Source: Spirochaetae bacterium HGW-Spirochaetae-1 | GTDB lineage: Bacteria > Spirochaetota > UBA4802 > UBA5550 | Direction: 5' to 3' | DNA length: 64,000 nucleotides | Assembly (NCBI GenBank): GCA_002839375.1 | Contig: PGXY01000004.1 | Location: 277,817-341,816 of the forward strand | Part shown: positions 18,911-29,517 of the stretch, one piece after another | Numbering within the stretch: position 1 is the first letter of the stretch | How the letters are laid out: each line of letters opens with the position of its first letter | Notes under the pieces: generated by a model | Database searches by the model: none | What the model saw: only the letters and a program-made list of their open reading frames with translations | What the model was told of the DNA's origin: nothing | Position numbers and translations under genes: made by a program

Positions 18911-19045
18911 TGCTTGACGAAGTAGTTTTTATAATGTCCATTGCATGTGCTTGAGGCATTGTTTTAGTATGTTATATTCTATATTTTATAGAATATACTG
19001 ATTTAACTGCCTTGTCTAATTTAATCAACGGGAGGAAAGATAGAT

Positions 19046-19762
19046 ATGTTAAAAAAAGTTACTACTCTGCTCAGTGTTCTTATCAGCGCGGCGCTCATCG
19101 CCTCATGTGGTCCTTCGGTCAATCCGCAGCTCAAGAAAAAAACCGATAACCTGTTCTCAACGGCGCAGACGAAAAATTACGGCGTTTCACGTGCGTTTAA
19201 GGCCCCCATGAAATACGCCGTGGGCCAGTATGTCGTTCATGGCATGACAGAAGGCAGCGGTAATCGCTCTATTACAAAGACTTCCATCGTGGGCAAAGAG
19301 GGAAACGGCTGGGTCATGGAATTCTATTCCCTCAACAGTAAGCAGGAAGCTGTTGTGCAGATGCTCATTGTCGGCCTGGACAAGGCTGCTCAGACGGGCA
19401 ATACCGACGGTATTGAAATCCAGAGGATAAAAATCAAGGACGAGAAGGGACAGGTGCAGTCTTTCGAAGGCCCCATGCTTTCCATGATGAAAAACCTGTA
19501 CAAGAACAGCCTGTCTTCACTCGATGTCCAGACCGGTACGTTTTTAACGGGAAGCGCGGTGACGGTTCCTGCCGGTGTCTTTACGGGAACGTACACGATA
19601 AAATCAAAGGTGAAGCTTTTCGGGAAAACCTATACCGGTACGGGCTGGTATCATTCATCGGTTCCAATCAACGGTGTGGTTAAATCCGTCTCCGATGATG
19701 ACAAGACCACCATGGTTCTCCTGGACTTCGGTACTAAAGGGGCAGTTTCTCTGTTTGACTGA
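19046..19762 (+). CDS. Hypothetical lipoprotein
   Basis: RBS GGAGGA; lipobox LIASC; VTVPAGVF motif. Confidence 0.8.
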   Translation: MLKKVTTLLSVLISAALIASCGPSVNPQLKKKTDNLFSTAQTKNYGVSRAFKAPMKYAVGQYVVHGMTEGSGNRSITKTSIVGKEGNGWVMEFYSLNSKQEAVVQMLIVGLDKAAQTGNTDGIEIQRIKIKDEKGQVQSFEGPMLSMMKNLYKNSLSSLDVQTGTFLTGSAVTVPAGVFTGTYTIKSKVKLFGKTYTGTGWYHSSVPINGVVKSVSDDDKTTMVLLDFGTKGAVSLFD

Positions 19763-19918
19763 TCTCGCTGATAAGATGCAGACATTCAGGAAATAAAGAG
19801 ATAATAATGGGGATGGAGCTGATTATTATCAGCCTCATCCCTTTGTTATACTACAATTATAAATTTCCTATGACCTATGGGCTCTTATTCGCATAACAGG
19901 GGAAAATAGAATTACCTC

Positions 19919-21154
19919 ATGAAAATGATAACGCGATTTTCTCTCTATGGGTTTCTGAAGAATCTTGATTTTTCCGAACCATTCCTGATCCTCTTTTATC
20001 TTTCCATCGGATTGAACTTTTTCCAGATCGGCGTGCTGGTTTCATTTCTGAATATCTGCATTAATATCATGGAAGTTCCCAGCGGAGCTCTGGCCGATAT
20101 TTATGGAAGAAAAAACTGCATGATACTGTCCCTGACGAGCTATATTTTCTCCTTTGCTATTTTTGCTTTTTCCGAATCGTATATTCCTCTTTTCCCGGCC
20201 GTATTCTTTTTCTCAATCGGCGAGGCTTTCCGGACGGGCACGCACAAGGCAATGATTTTCGACTGGCTCAGGAAGAATGACCGCCTTGGTGAAAAAACCA
20301 AAGTTTATGGTTTTACGCGTTCGTGGTCTAAGTATGGGAGCGCCATATCGGTTGTTATAGCGACCATAATCATTATCTTTTCAAAGAGCTACCGCTGGAT
20401 TTTTATTTTTTCAATAATACCTTACATTGCCGGTGTCTGGAACATAGCCTGTTATCCCGACTACCTCAATAAAAAGCTCTCCGACAGGATCAGTATCAAA
20501 CTCATTTTTACACATACTTTTGAGAGCTTAAGAACGGTTTTTGCCAGCAGTAATCTCCGGAAACTCATAGTGCAGAGCATGGGATTTGAGGGTGTCTTTG
20601 AGGTTACAAAGGATTACCTCCAGCCGATCCTGAAGGCCCAGGCTGTGGTGCTTGCCGCCTTTCTCATGCTGCCCGAGAAGGAGAGTACTGCCGTTACCGT
20701 GGGAATAATATATTTTATTCTCCATATAATCTCGGCAAACGCGTCGCTACGTTCTCATATCTTTGCCGCAAGGTTCAGGTCAGAGCAAACAGCCATTATC
20801 GCAATGATCTTCTTTGGATTTGCCCTTGCTTTTGTATCTTCGGCAGGTCTTTATCTGAAGTTATATGCTGTGGCCATTATCGCATACATTGCTTATTATG
20901 TCATACAGAATCTGTGGCGGCCCATACTGGTTGCACAATACGATGATTATGCCGAAAGCAGCCAGCAGGCATCCATCCTTTCCATTGAATCGCAGACCAA
21001 GACCGTGGGCATTACGATAATTGCTCCCGTGGCCGGTTTTATGGCGGACCGGTGGGGTATCGAGTCATCGCTGATGCTTCTCGCCATCCTGCTTCTTATA
21101 CTCTGGGTTTATTCCGTGGCAGGGAGGAAAGAGAAGACCCCGGCCTCGTTATAA
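19919..21154 (+). CDS. MFS transporter
   Basis: EVPSGALADIYGRK motif; about 12 TM helices. Confidence 0.88.
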   Translation: MKMITRFSLYGFLKNLDFSEPFLILFYLSIGLNFFQIGVLVSFLNICINIMEVPSGALADIYGRKNCMILSLTSYIFSFAIFAFSESYIPLFPAVFFFSIGEAFRTGTHKAMIFDWLRKNDRLGEKTKVYGFTRSWSKYGSAISVVIATIIIIFSKSYRWIFIFSIIPYIAGVWNIACYPDYLNKKLSDRISIKLIFTHTFESLRTVFASSNLRKLIVQSMGFEGVFEVTKDYLQPILKAQAVVLAAFLMLPEKESTAVTVGIIYFILHIISANASLRSHIFAARFRSEQTAIIAMIFFGFALAFVSSAGLYLKLYAVAIIAYIAYYVIQNLWRPILVAQYDDYAESSQQASILSIESQTKTVGITIIAPVAGFMADRWGIESSLMLLAILLLILWVYSVAGRKEKTPASL

Positions 21155-21215
21155 GTGCCAATAAACGATTCCGGGGTATGCGAATTGCCGGCTTGCGGAC
21201 TAACAAAGTGGTATA

Positions 21216-21944
21216 TTACGCCTTGTTGAAAAGAGCCTGTGCCGCTTCAACAAACTTCCGGAACTCGGCCCTTTCAAATTTTGAAGAATCATCCAGGCTG
21301 TGGCTGTTCCGGTATTCAATGAGCATTTTTATCTTCTTCATAAGGTCAGGATTGGTGGCGCCGATGAGCGAAGCCACTTCCCTGGCCCGGGTCATGAGGT
21401 TTTCTGCAGGCACCACTTCCGTGACCAGTCCCCACTCGAGAGCCCTGCGGGCATCGATATATTGGCAGGTGAGGGACATGAACTTGGCCCGCTGCTGCCC
21501 GATTTTCTGCTGCAGCAGCTGCGTCATGCCCCAGCCGGGATGAATTCCCACCTTTGCGTGGGTATCACCGAACTTGGCATTTTCCGACGCGATGAGAATG
21601 TCGCAGTTCAGGGCCAGTTCGAATCCGCCTGTCACCGCTGCTCCGTTAACCGCACCGATGATGGGCTTGTCGCAGGCTCCCATGATGTCGGGCAGCTCCT
21701 TGCCGTCACCGCGCGGATTAAAGAGATTCTCCTTACCGATGACCTGGAGATCGATCCCCGAGCAGAATGATTTGCCGTTACCGGTAATAATGGCGGCTCT
21801 TATGCCCGGTGTCTGGTCGACCTTTTCAATTGCGTCATAGAGCTGGGCCAGGAGCAGCTGCGTAAATGAATTATGCCGCTCCGGCCTGTTCAGCGTTATG
21901 ATTGCGATGTTTCCTTCTTCCTGGTATAATACGGGATTTTCCAT
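21216..21944 (-). CDS. Enoyl-CoA hydratase/isomerase
   Basis: ITLNRPE, FCSGIDL, IGAVNGAAVTGGFELALNCD, FGDTHAKVG. Confidence 0.9.
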   Translation of the reverse strand: MENPVLYQEEGNIAIITLNRPERHNSFTQLLLAQLYDAIEKVDQTPGIRAAIITGNGKSFCSGIDLQVIGKENLFNPRGDGKELPDIMGACDKPIIGAVNGAAVTGGFELALNCDILIASENAKFGDTHAKVGIHPGWGMTQLLQQKIGQQRAKFMSLTCQYIDARRALEWGLVTEVVPAENLMTRAREVASLIGATNPDLMKKIKMLIEYRNSHSLDDSSKFERAEFRKFVEAAQALFNKA

Positions 21945-22023
21945 ATAATGCCTCCTGTGCCATGCAAATATGCAACAGCGGCGAATATTGTAAACCACTA
22001 TTTCATCTAACACAAATGGACAA

Positions 22024-22106
22024 ATGGAGGGCTCTGACCCCTGTTATTTCTAGCTCTCCTGAACGAGGCCATTAAAAATATTGAAAGAGGAAGCTCTGAC
22101 CCCAGG
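22024..22106. repeat. REP-like motifs left of the RAYT gene
   Basis: GCTCTGACCCC at 22031-22041 and 22093-22103. Confidence 0.7.
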
Positions 22107-22178
22107 TTTTTTTTAATAAAAGGAAACTCCCGCTCGTGTTATTTTAAACAGTTTGTACATGAACAGGAGGATCCATAA

Positions 22179-22769
22179 ATGCCAAGAGAACTGAGAAACA
22201 TAGCCCAAGGGAAAACACACCATTGCTTTTCACGCTGCCTGAGGATGATGGACCTTATGAAAAGCAGCCATGTTCGACGATATTTTATTGAAGCAATTAA
22301 AATGGCCCAGGAAAAATATACATTTGAACTAGTCGCAGCAGAGCCCGTGGGAAATCATATTCATCTCATCCTCCGCACACTGGAAGATGAAGAAACCGTA
22401 TCACGGATCATGCAATACATTAAATCACGCATTGCAGAAAAATATAACAGGGCCACGGGGAATAAAGGCCCTTTCTGGAATGAGCGGTTTGGGTCTTCTG
22501 TAATTGAGGAATCAGACAATCCTGAACAGTACCTGTTATGGCTTTTATGGTATATTGGTTACAATCCCGTTCGAAAAGGCCTGGCTCGAGATCCCCGGCA
22601 GACTACTATAAGTTTTATCAATGTATATCTTGATGAAAAATATGAGGCACCGGTTAAGATTACACGACATGTATTTTTCACCCGGTTGGGTGAGACTTTT
22701 GAACAGTGTGTGAAGGCCTTTCTGCTTTACGAAGAAGCCTATCTCAAAAGGCTGGCAATTTATTTTTGA
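22179..22769 (+). mobile_element. REP-associated tyrosine transposase (Y1/HUH, RAYT-like)
   Basis: MPR start, HCFSR, NHIHL (HUH), FWNERF, YIGYNPV; flanked by inverted GCTCTGACCC motifs. Confidence 0.88.
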
Positions 22770-22776
22770 ATAAAAA

Positions 22777-22793
22777 GCATGGAGGGTCAGAGC
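22777..22793. repeat. REP-like motif right of the RAYT gene (inverted)
   Basis: GCATGGAGGGTCAGAGC; identical 17-mer at 52302-52318. Confidence 0.75.
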
Positions 22794-22836
22794 TTGCTTT
22801 TCCCCCATGCCTTTTGTCAGCAAGATATCTGAAGAA

Positions 22837-23595
22837 TCACGCCAGGAAGCCGCCGTCACAGACAATGAGGCTTCCCGTTGTGAAGGAGGCCGCATCGGAA
22901 ACGAGATACAGCACGGCCCCGGCCATTTCATCGGGTTCGGCATGGCGTCCCATGGGTATCTGTTTTACCACGTAATCATAGATGGCGTCGTTGCCCATGA
23001 GCGCTTTGGAAAACTTGGTGTCCGTGAGTCCGGGCAGAAGGGCGTTGACCCGTATTTTTAACGGGGCCAGTTCCTTGGCAAAGGCCTTGGTCATGGCGAT
23101 AAGCGAAGCCTTGGTGATGGAATAGACTCCCTGGAAGGGGGCCGGCTTGATGCCGTTAACCGACGATACATTCACGACCGATCCGGAGCCGCTCTGCTTC
23201 ATGAGGGGGATGGCCTTCTGTATCATGAAGAAGGGACCCTTGAGATTGACATCGAAGGTCTTGTCCCATATGGCTTCATCGACGCCGTTCATGTCGCCGA
23301 AATAGGGATTGGTCGCGGCGTTGTTGACGAGGATATCAAGGCGGCCGTATTTCGCTTCGATGTCCTTATAGAGTTTTTCGATCTGCACATTCTCTCCCAC
23401 ATGACAGGCCATGGGTACGGCTTTGCCTCCTTCGCTGATTATGGAGTCGGCAACCTGCTGAAGAGACTCTATCTTTCTGCTCACCAGTATGACTTCCGCG
23501 CCGTAGGCGGCCAGGGTCCTGGCGATGGATTCTCCTATGCCCCGGCTTGCGCCCGTGACTAAAGCTACCTTACCGTCAAGTTTGAAATTGATCAT
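22837..23595 (-). CDS. SDR oxidoreductase (DHRS4-like)
   Basis: TGASRGIG, NNAATNPYFG, YSITK. Confidence 0.9.
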   Translation of the reverse strand: MINFKLDGKVALVTGASRGIGESIARTLAAYGAEVILVSRKIESLQQVADSIISEGGKAVPMACHVGENVQIEKLYKDIEAKYGRLDILVNNAATNPYFGDMNGVDEAIWDKTFDVNLKGPFFMIQKAIPLMKQSGSGSVVNVSSVNGIKPAPFQGVYSITKASLIAMTKAFAKELAPLKIRVNALLPGLTDTKFSKALMGNDAIYDYVVKQIPMGRHAEPDEMAGAVLYLVSDAASFTTGSLIVCDGGFLA

Positions 23596-25562
23596 TATTT
23601 TTCTCCTGCAATGTTTTTTTCAATATTGATTCCAGCCCACGCACCTTCATGGATGGCCTCGAGAAAGCGCCGGGGTGATATGGAGTCGCCCACGTCAGCT
23701 GTGGGAATTCCCAGCTTTTTCAGATCTTCCGACAGGCCCTTCCGGGATTTTGCGCCCAGGGCGTTGATGACCGTTACGGCCTCGATACTTTTTTCTGTAC
23801 CGTCCTGCTTTTTGATTCTGACCAGGTTTTTCTCAATAGAAATGATTTCTGTTCCCAGCTCAAGCAGGGATCCGCTTTTATACAGGCGACGATGAAGCCA
23901 GTAGCCGTGGGCCGTGATGGCATTGACGGGCGGGAAAGGGGCCTTTTCAATGACCGTCACTTTCATTCCCCGCTGAATCAGGAAATCGGCCGTTTCCATG
24001 CCCACATACCCGGCCCCAAGGATGACCACGGGATCAGTGGTGACGGACTTGATTCCCGTGAGCACATCCCGTGCATCTATGACGATTGCGGTATCAATTC
24101 CCGGAATGGGAGGAACCAGTGGAGCGGCGCCCGTGGCGCAGATGACCAGATCGGGCTTTTCCTTTGCTGCCTCATCGGGGGTCAGAGCCGTGTTATATTC
24201 CGGCGTTATCCCCTTTGCAGCGAGTCGACGCAGTGCCCAGGCGAGCCACTGGCGGAGCCCTTCTTTATGGGGAGGCATACTGGCCGAGATGAGCTGGCCC
24301 CCGGGCTCTGTCCCGCTTTCAAAGATGCGGACCCCGTGGCCCTTTTCAGCGGCATACATGGCGGCCGACAAACCTGCCGGTCCGGCACCGGCAATCCACA
24401 CGGTACGTGGTTTTTCGGCCGGACCGAGATCCATGCGGTATTCCTCGCCGCATTCGGGATTGAATACACACGTGGCTGATTTGAATTCGAACATGAGGCG
24501 CTCAATGCATCCCTGGTTGCAGGCTATGCAGAAGCGGATGTCATCATAGTTGCCGGCCTTGGCCTTGTTCAGGAAATCGGGGTCCGTGAGATGCTGCCGG
24601 CCGAAGCTGATGAGATCAGCGTCACCCCTGGACAAGGCATCTTCGGCCAGACGCGGGTCGTGAATCCTTCCCACGCCGATAACCGGCACGGACACCACTT
24701 CCTTTATGGCCCGGGCCCGGAACAGGTTGAAGCCCGGCTCCACATCCATGGATGCAATGGTGAGGTTGCCCGGTGTTGAGTAGACACCAAGGGACACATG
24801 GATGGCGTCCGCCCCGGCCTCCACCAGTTTCGGCGCAAGCCAGCGGGAGAATTCCAGGTCATGACCGCCTTTCACAGCCTCGTCCGATGATATGCGTATG
24901 ATGATGGGAAAATCCGGTCCCACGGCTTTTCTTGTTTTTTCAAGGATCTCCAGGGCGAAGCGGGCCCGGTTTTCCGGACTGCCGCCATATTGGTCCGTGC
25001 GGTGATTGGAGAAGGGCGACAGGAACTGGCAGACCAGGTAGCCATGGGCGCCGTGAATCTCCACGGCGTCGAAACCGGCGTTTTTTGCCCGAAGAGCGGC
25101 GTCGGCGAAGGCCTGCGTCACTTTGTTTATGCGTTCTATGGTCATCTCTTCGCAGGGCTGGCGGAGGATGATGCTGGGCAGGGGAGACGGTGCTTCCGGT
25201 TTTGCTCCCACAATCCCTTCAGCGGTTTCACGCCCGGCATGATGGAGCTGGGCCGCTATAAGCGCTCCCTTACGGTGAACCGCTTCCGTAAGCCGTGTGA
25301 GCCCGGGGATAAAAGAGTCGTCCCATATGCCCACTTCGGCAGGAAATCCCTTTCCCCGGCGGTCCACGGCGAAAACCTCGGTTATGATGAGGCCCACGCC
25401 TCCGGCAGCCCGTCGTTCGAGATAGGTGATGAGCCGGTCACTCACGGTGCTGTCCGTATTGCCGTAACCCGTTCCCATGGCGGGCATGACGGCCCGGTTC
25501 TTCAGGGTCATGCCGTTTATACTGATTGGTGAAAATAATTTATCCAGATTTTTTGTCATCAT
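23595..25562 (-). CDS. NADH:flavin oxidoreductase (OYE-like/2,4-dienoyl-CoA reductase family, Fe-S/FAD)
   Basis: EIHGAHGYL, RTDQYGGS, CIACNQGC, GAGPAGL. Confidence 0.88.
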   Translation of the reverse strand: MMTKNLDKLFSPISINGMTLKNRAVMPAMGTGYGNTDSTVSDRLITYLERRAAGGVGLIITEVFAVDRRGKGFPAEVGIWDDSFIPGLTRLTEAVHRKGALIAAQLHHAGRETAEGIVGAKPEAPSPLPSIILRQPCEEMTIERINKVTQAFADAALRAKNAGFDAVEIHGAHGYLVCQFLSPFSNHRTDQYGGSPENRARFALEILEKTRKAVGPDFPIIIRISSDEAVKGGHDLEFSRWLAPKLVEAGADAIHVSLGVYSTPGNLTIASMDVEPGFNLFRARAIKEVVSVPVIGVGRIHDPRLAEDALSRGDADLISFGRQHLTDPDFLNKAKAGNYDDIRFCIACNQGCIERLMFEFKSATCVFNPECGEEYRMDLGPAEKPRTVWIAGAGPAGLSAAMYAAEKGHGVRIFESGTEPGGQLISASMPPHKEGLRQWLAWALRRLAAKGITPEYNTALTPDEAAKEKPDLVICATGAAPLVPPIPGIDTAIVIDARDVLTGIKSVTTDPVVILGAGYVGMETADFLIQRGMKVTVIEKAPFPPVNAITAHGYWLHRRLYKSGSLLELGTEIISIEKNLVRIKKQDGTEKSIEAVTVINALGAKSRKGLSEDLKKLGIPTADVGDSISPRRFLEAIHEGAWAGINIEKNIAGEK

Positions 25563-25578
25563 ATAATCCTTTATGATA

Positions 25579-26487
25579 TTATTTTTGTCCCATGAGAAAA
25601 TCCGGCCTTAGAAAGGCGGGATCGGGATAGGTGTAGAATCCCCGACCTGTTTTGCTTCCCAGGTGTCCCTGGTCCACATAGCCTTTGAGAAAGGCGGCAT
25701 TTCTTTTTCCCTGGTTATTATTGGTAACATTGGCCCAGTAATCGGTGATTTTATACACGGTGTCGATACCGATCTGGTCCATGAGCGCAAAGGGGCCCAG
25801 TGGCGAGCGCATGACGCCGACGAAAGAGCGGTCGATGTCCTCAATGGAGGCAACATCGCGCGCAGCCAGGGTCAGAGCCGAGGCCAGGAGCATCATGAAC
25901 ATGGCGTTGAAGACATAGCCATTGTTTTCCTTGTGCATGACGATGGGTATCTGTTTTATGGACAGGGAAAAATCATAGAGCAGGTCCACGATCTCTTTCG
26001 CTGTTCCCGGGTGGGGCATGATATCGACTACTGGGGCCATCTGGGCGTCATGAAAATGCAGGGCGGCGAATCTTTCGGGCCTGCCCGTGGCTGCGGCGAA
26101 CTGTGACGGGAGCAGTGAAGAGGTGTTCGTGGTGAAGATGGTGTGGACAGGACATATTGCATTGAACTGCCCAAATACTTTGCCTTTCAAATCAGGATCT
26201 TCGGGTATGGATTCACTGACCAGGTCGGCATCACTCCCGGCCTTTTCCGCCGAGGAGGTTGCTGTTATGCGCGCCATGACTGCGGGAACATCATCTTCTT
26301 TCAGCTGGTTTCCACGGACAAGACGCCTGGCGATTTTCTGAATGCGCAGCATGGCCTTTTCCAGCAGTTCATCTTTTATGTCGTAGAGAACCACGTTATA
26401 CCCGTTCAGGGCGCACTGAAGGCCGATCTGCTGGCCCATGGTGCCGCTGCCGATTATCAGCACTTTTTTAATATCATTGACATTCAT
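25579..26487 (-). CDS. 3-hydroxyacyl-CoA dehydrogenase
   Basis: GSGTMG, ESIPE, TNTSSL, LHF, GPFALMDQIG, LGSKTGRGFY. Confidence 0.92.
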   Translation of the reverse strand: MNVNDIKKVLIIGSGTMGQQIGLQCALNGYNVVLYDIKDELLEKAMLRIQKIARRLVRGNQLKEDDVPAVMARITATSSAEKAGSDADLVSESIPEDPDLKGKVFGQFNAICPVHTIFTTNTSSLLPSQFAAATGRPERFAALHFHDAQMAPVVDIMPHPGTAKEIVDLLYDFSLSIKQIPIVMHKENNGYVFNAMFMMLLASALTLAARDVASIEDIDRSFVGVMRSPLGPFALMDQIGIDTVYKITDYWANVTNNNQGKRNAAFLKGYVDQGHLGSKTGRGFYTYPDPAFLRPDFLMGQK

Positions 26488-26506
26488 GACTTTACTCCTT
26501 TAACCT

Positions 26507-27574
26507 TTACAGGTCCGATTTTTCTGTAATAGAAAGGGCGAAGCCCTCAAGTATTTTCACGGCATGAATGAGCATGGCAAAGCGCTTATCCTTTGTCTGG
26601 CCGTGGAAATATCGATAATATATCTGCTGCGCGATGACTGCCAGCCGGAACAGGCCGAAACAGAGATAATAATCGAAGTTGTCTATTTTTCTGCCGGTGA
26701 TATCACCGTAGAGATCGACCTGTTCGTTTCTCGTCAGCATGCCTTCGAGATTCGTGGGCATCATCCTGATCATCTGGACAACCTTCGGGTCGTTCATTTC
26801 AACCCAGTAGGCCAGGCTGTTTCCCAGGTCCATGAGGGGATCACCGATGGTGGCCATCTCCCAGTCAAGGATGCCCGTTATTTCCAGTGGATTGTCGGGA
26901 TTCAGCACGGCATTATCGAGCTTATAGTCGTTATGGATGATGGTGGGTCGGTCCGTGTCGGGAGGCATTTTGACATGGAGCCATTCCATGACCTTTTCAT
27001 AATCGGGTGCGTCTTCGGTGCGGGCATCGCGGTATCGCTTACTCCAGCCCTCGACCTGTCGCTGCACATAACCTTCCGGTTTTCCGAAATCATCAAGCCC
27101 GACTGCCTTATAATCGATGCTGTGGAGTTCACAGAGCACCTTCACCAGGTTTTCACTCAGGGTCCGGGCTTCGTCGGGCGGCAGGATCATCCCCTCGGGA
27201 AGATCTTTTCTGAAAATGATACCCTTCAGGCGCTCCATGACATAGAAAGGAACATCCATAACCGCCGGGTCTTCGCAGTAGGCCAGCGCCTCGGGACAAT
27301 ATCTGAAGTGCGGCTTCAGTGTTTTCAGGATGCGGTACTCACGCAGCATATCATGGGCGCTCTTGGCCTTTTTCCCGAAGGGGGGCCTGCGCAGCACCAG
27401 TTCGCGGTCTCCGAACTTCACCAGGTAGGTGAGATTGGAAAAGCCGCTGGGAAACTGGCTGATTTCTATCTGCCCCTGGAGACCGCTGAGGGTATCCCGG
27501 AGATATGCCTCTACCTTTGAGGCGTCCAGCTCTTCACCCTGCCGGACATTGATGGCTTTATCGATGGCGCTCAT
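26507..27574 (-). CDS. APH-family phosphotransferase (ACAD10/11 kinase, LvaA-like)
   Basis: QFPSGFSNLTY, LRRPPFG, AHDMLRE, IHNDYKLDN, LDWEMATIGDPL. Confidence 0.9.
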   Translation of the reverse strand: MSAIDKAINVRQGEELDASKVEAYLRDTLSGLQGQIEISQFPSGFSNLTYLVKFGDRELVLRRPPFGKKAKSAHDMLREYRILKTLKPHFRYCPEALAYCEDPAVMDVPFYVMERLKGIIFRKDLPEGMILPPDEARTLSENLVKVLCELHSIDYKAVGLDDFGKPEGYVQRQVEGWSKRYRDARTEDAPDYEKVMEWLHVKMPPDTDRPTIIHNDYKLDNAVLNPDNPLEITGILDWEMATIGDPLMDLGNSLAYWVEMNDPKVVQMIRMMPTNLEGMLTRNEQVDLYGDITGRKIDNFDYYLCFGLFRLAVIAQQIYYRYFHGQTKDKRFAMLIHAVKILEGFALSITEKSDL

Positions 27575-28257
27575 GTCTGCCTCCTTAAATACGTTTCAAT
27601 AAAGCTGATTAAATAATCAGCGTACTCGTCGACGGATATGTTTCTCCGCTTGTATTTCCATCGCTTGAGATACCAGTCCTGCATCATGGCCTTGATGACC
27701 GATGCCGTGAGACGGGTATCGATATCGGTAAAGATATCCTGGTCGATACCCTCTTTGAGAATATCAATAATCATGCCTTCCGTGAGAAGTTCGCTATCAA
27801 TGGAGAAGGTTCTTGATTCTTTGCTGAAATTCTTTGTTTCCATGAAAAGAAAATAGAACCAGTACTGCATTGCTTCACTCAGATAGAGATGGGTCTTCAC
27901 CATGGCATGGAGCTTTTCCCGGACAGTTCCGCATTTTTCCAGTTCGTCCCGGAGAATTCTCTTCATGGTGAGCTGCCCGTGTTTCTGAATGAGCAGGAGC
28001 AGCTCGTCCTTGCTGGCGAAATAGGAATAGAGGGCCCCCATGCTGAGACCGGAATCGGCGCTGAGATCACGGAGACTCATGGCGTTAAAACCTTTCTCAT
28101 TGCTCAGTTTCAGTGTACTGTTCACAATAATAGAAAGGTTTTTAACGGCAACGGCCTCTTTTTTAATTTTGATCCGTTCACGGTTCTGGTTAAAATACTC
28201 GCGGCAGATGTCCTCAACCGCGGTAGCATAATCGGCAATAAAAGTTTTAAAGGTCAT
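27571..28257 (-). CDS. TetR family regulator
   Basis: KGFNAMSLRDLSADSGLSMGALYSYFASK HTH. Confidence 0.9.
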   Translation of the reverse strand: MTFKTFIADYATAVEDICREYFNQNRERIKIKKEAVAVKNLSIIVNSTLKLSNEKGFNAMSLRDLSADSGLSMGALYSYFASKDELLLLIQKHGQLTMKRILRDELEKCGTVREKLHAMVKTHLYLSEAMQYWFYFLFMETKNFSKESRTFSIDSELLTEGMIIDILKEGIDQDIFTDIDTRLTASVIKAMMQDWYLKRWKYKRRNISVDEYADYLISFIETYLRRQT

Positions 28258-28275
28258 GGTCTGGCAATCCTCGTC

Positions 28276-29481
28276 CTACTTACCGTTTCTCCCGTATCTG
28301 TTCAGATAGCGACGGGCGAAGGAGGCCTTGTGTACCTCGTCGGCGCCGTCATAGATTCGGGCGGCCCTTTCATGCCGGTAGAAGAATGCCAGGATAGTGT
28401 CATCGGTCATTCCCAGTCCGCCGTGAACCTGGAGCGCCCGGTCGATGACATGCTGCATGGTGTTGGCCACGACAAATTTTATCAGGCTCACCTCGTCACG
28501 GGCTTCCTTTGCCCCCACGGTATCAATCTTCCATGCCGCGTGCAGGGTCATGAGCCGCGCGGCCTGGATTTCCGCGGCGGAGTCGGCCACCCACTGCTGT
28601 ATGATCTGCCGTGTGGCCAGGGTCTTGCCGTCGGGAGATATTTTTCTCTCGGAGGCGCGCTGACACATGAGATCCATGGAACGCTTGCAGATACCGAGCC
28701 AGCGCATGCAGTGATGGATGCGTCCCGGCCCCAGGCGGTCCTGGGCAATAACGAAGCCCTGGCCCTCGGCGCCCAGGAGGTTTTTCTGCGGTACACGGCA
28801 GGACTGGTACAGAATCTCGCCGTGGCTGGCATAATCGTCACCGCTATGACCCATGACGGGAATATTTCTCACCAGGTTAAATCCCGGCGTGTTCGTGGGG
28901 ACGATGATCATGCTGGCTTGGAGATACATGGGAGCCTCGGGGTTTGTCACGGCCATGACAATGGCAAATTCCGATCCGTCGGCGGCCGTGGTGTACCATT
29001 TATGGCCGTTGATGATGTAATCGTCGCCGTCTTTTACAGCTGTTGTTTCCAGCATGACGGGATTGGAGCCCGGCATGTCCACTTCGGTCATGGAGAAACA
29101 GCTGCGTATATCGCCGCCGGCCAGGGGCTTCAGGTATTGTTTCTTCTGCTCCTCCGTGCCGTGGGTGTGAAGAATTTCAATGTTTCCGGCGTCGGGAGCC
29201 TGGCAGCCGAAGACGTAGTGCCCCAGTGGTGTCCGGCCCAGGGATTCGGAGACGAGGCCGTGATCGACCAGGTTAAGCCCCATGCCCCCCAGTTCTTTCG
29301 GGATCTGAGGGCCCCACAGTTCCATCTGTTTCACCATTTTTCTTTTTTCCTTCAGGACGGGAACCATCTCACTGAAATTGTGAGTGATGAATTCCGGCTC
29401 CAGGGGAATCAGTTCCTTATCGACGAATTCATCGATCATTCCCAGAATGGTCTGCATTTTGTCGCTAATCGTAAAATCCAT
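28276..29481 (-). CDS. Acyl-CoA dehydrogenase (ACAD10/11, LvaC-like subgroup)
   Basis: CQAPDAGNIE, SCFSMTE, AQDRLGPGRIHHCMR, RIYDGADEVH. Confidence 0.92.
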   Translation of the reverse strand: MDFTISDKMQTILGMIDEFVDKELIPLEPEFITHNFSEMVPVLKEKRKMVKQMELWGPQIPKELGGMGLNLVDHGLVSESLGRTPLGHYVFGCQAPDAGNIEILHTHGTEEQKKQYLKPLAGGDIRSCFSMTEVDMPGSNPVMLETTAVKDGDDYIINGHKWYTTAADGSEFAIVMAVTNPEAPMYLQASMIIVPTNTPGFNLVRNIPVMGHSGDDYASHGEILYQSCRVPQKNLLGAEGQGFVIAQDRLGPGRIHHCMRWLGICKRSMDLMCQRASERKISPDGKTLATRQIIQQWVADSAAEIQAARLMTLHAAWKIDTVGAKEARDEVSLIKFVVANTMQHVIDRALQVHGGLGMTDDTILAFFYRHERAARIYDGADEVHKASFARRYLNRYGRNGK

Positions 29482-29517
29482 GACGGCCTCCTTAATTTTT
29501 CATTGTTCGGTACTGCT

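Noticed and set aside
26564..27520. 318-aa ORF (likewise 44774..45751 and 52509..53522)
   Set aside because: Antisense shadows of well-supported genes on the opposite strand
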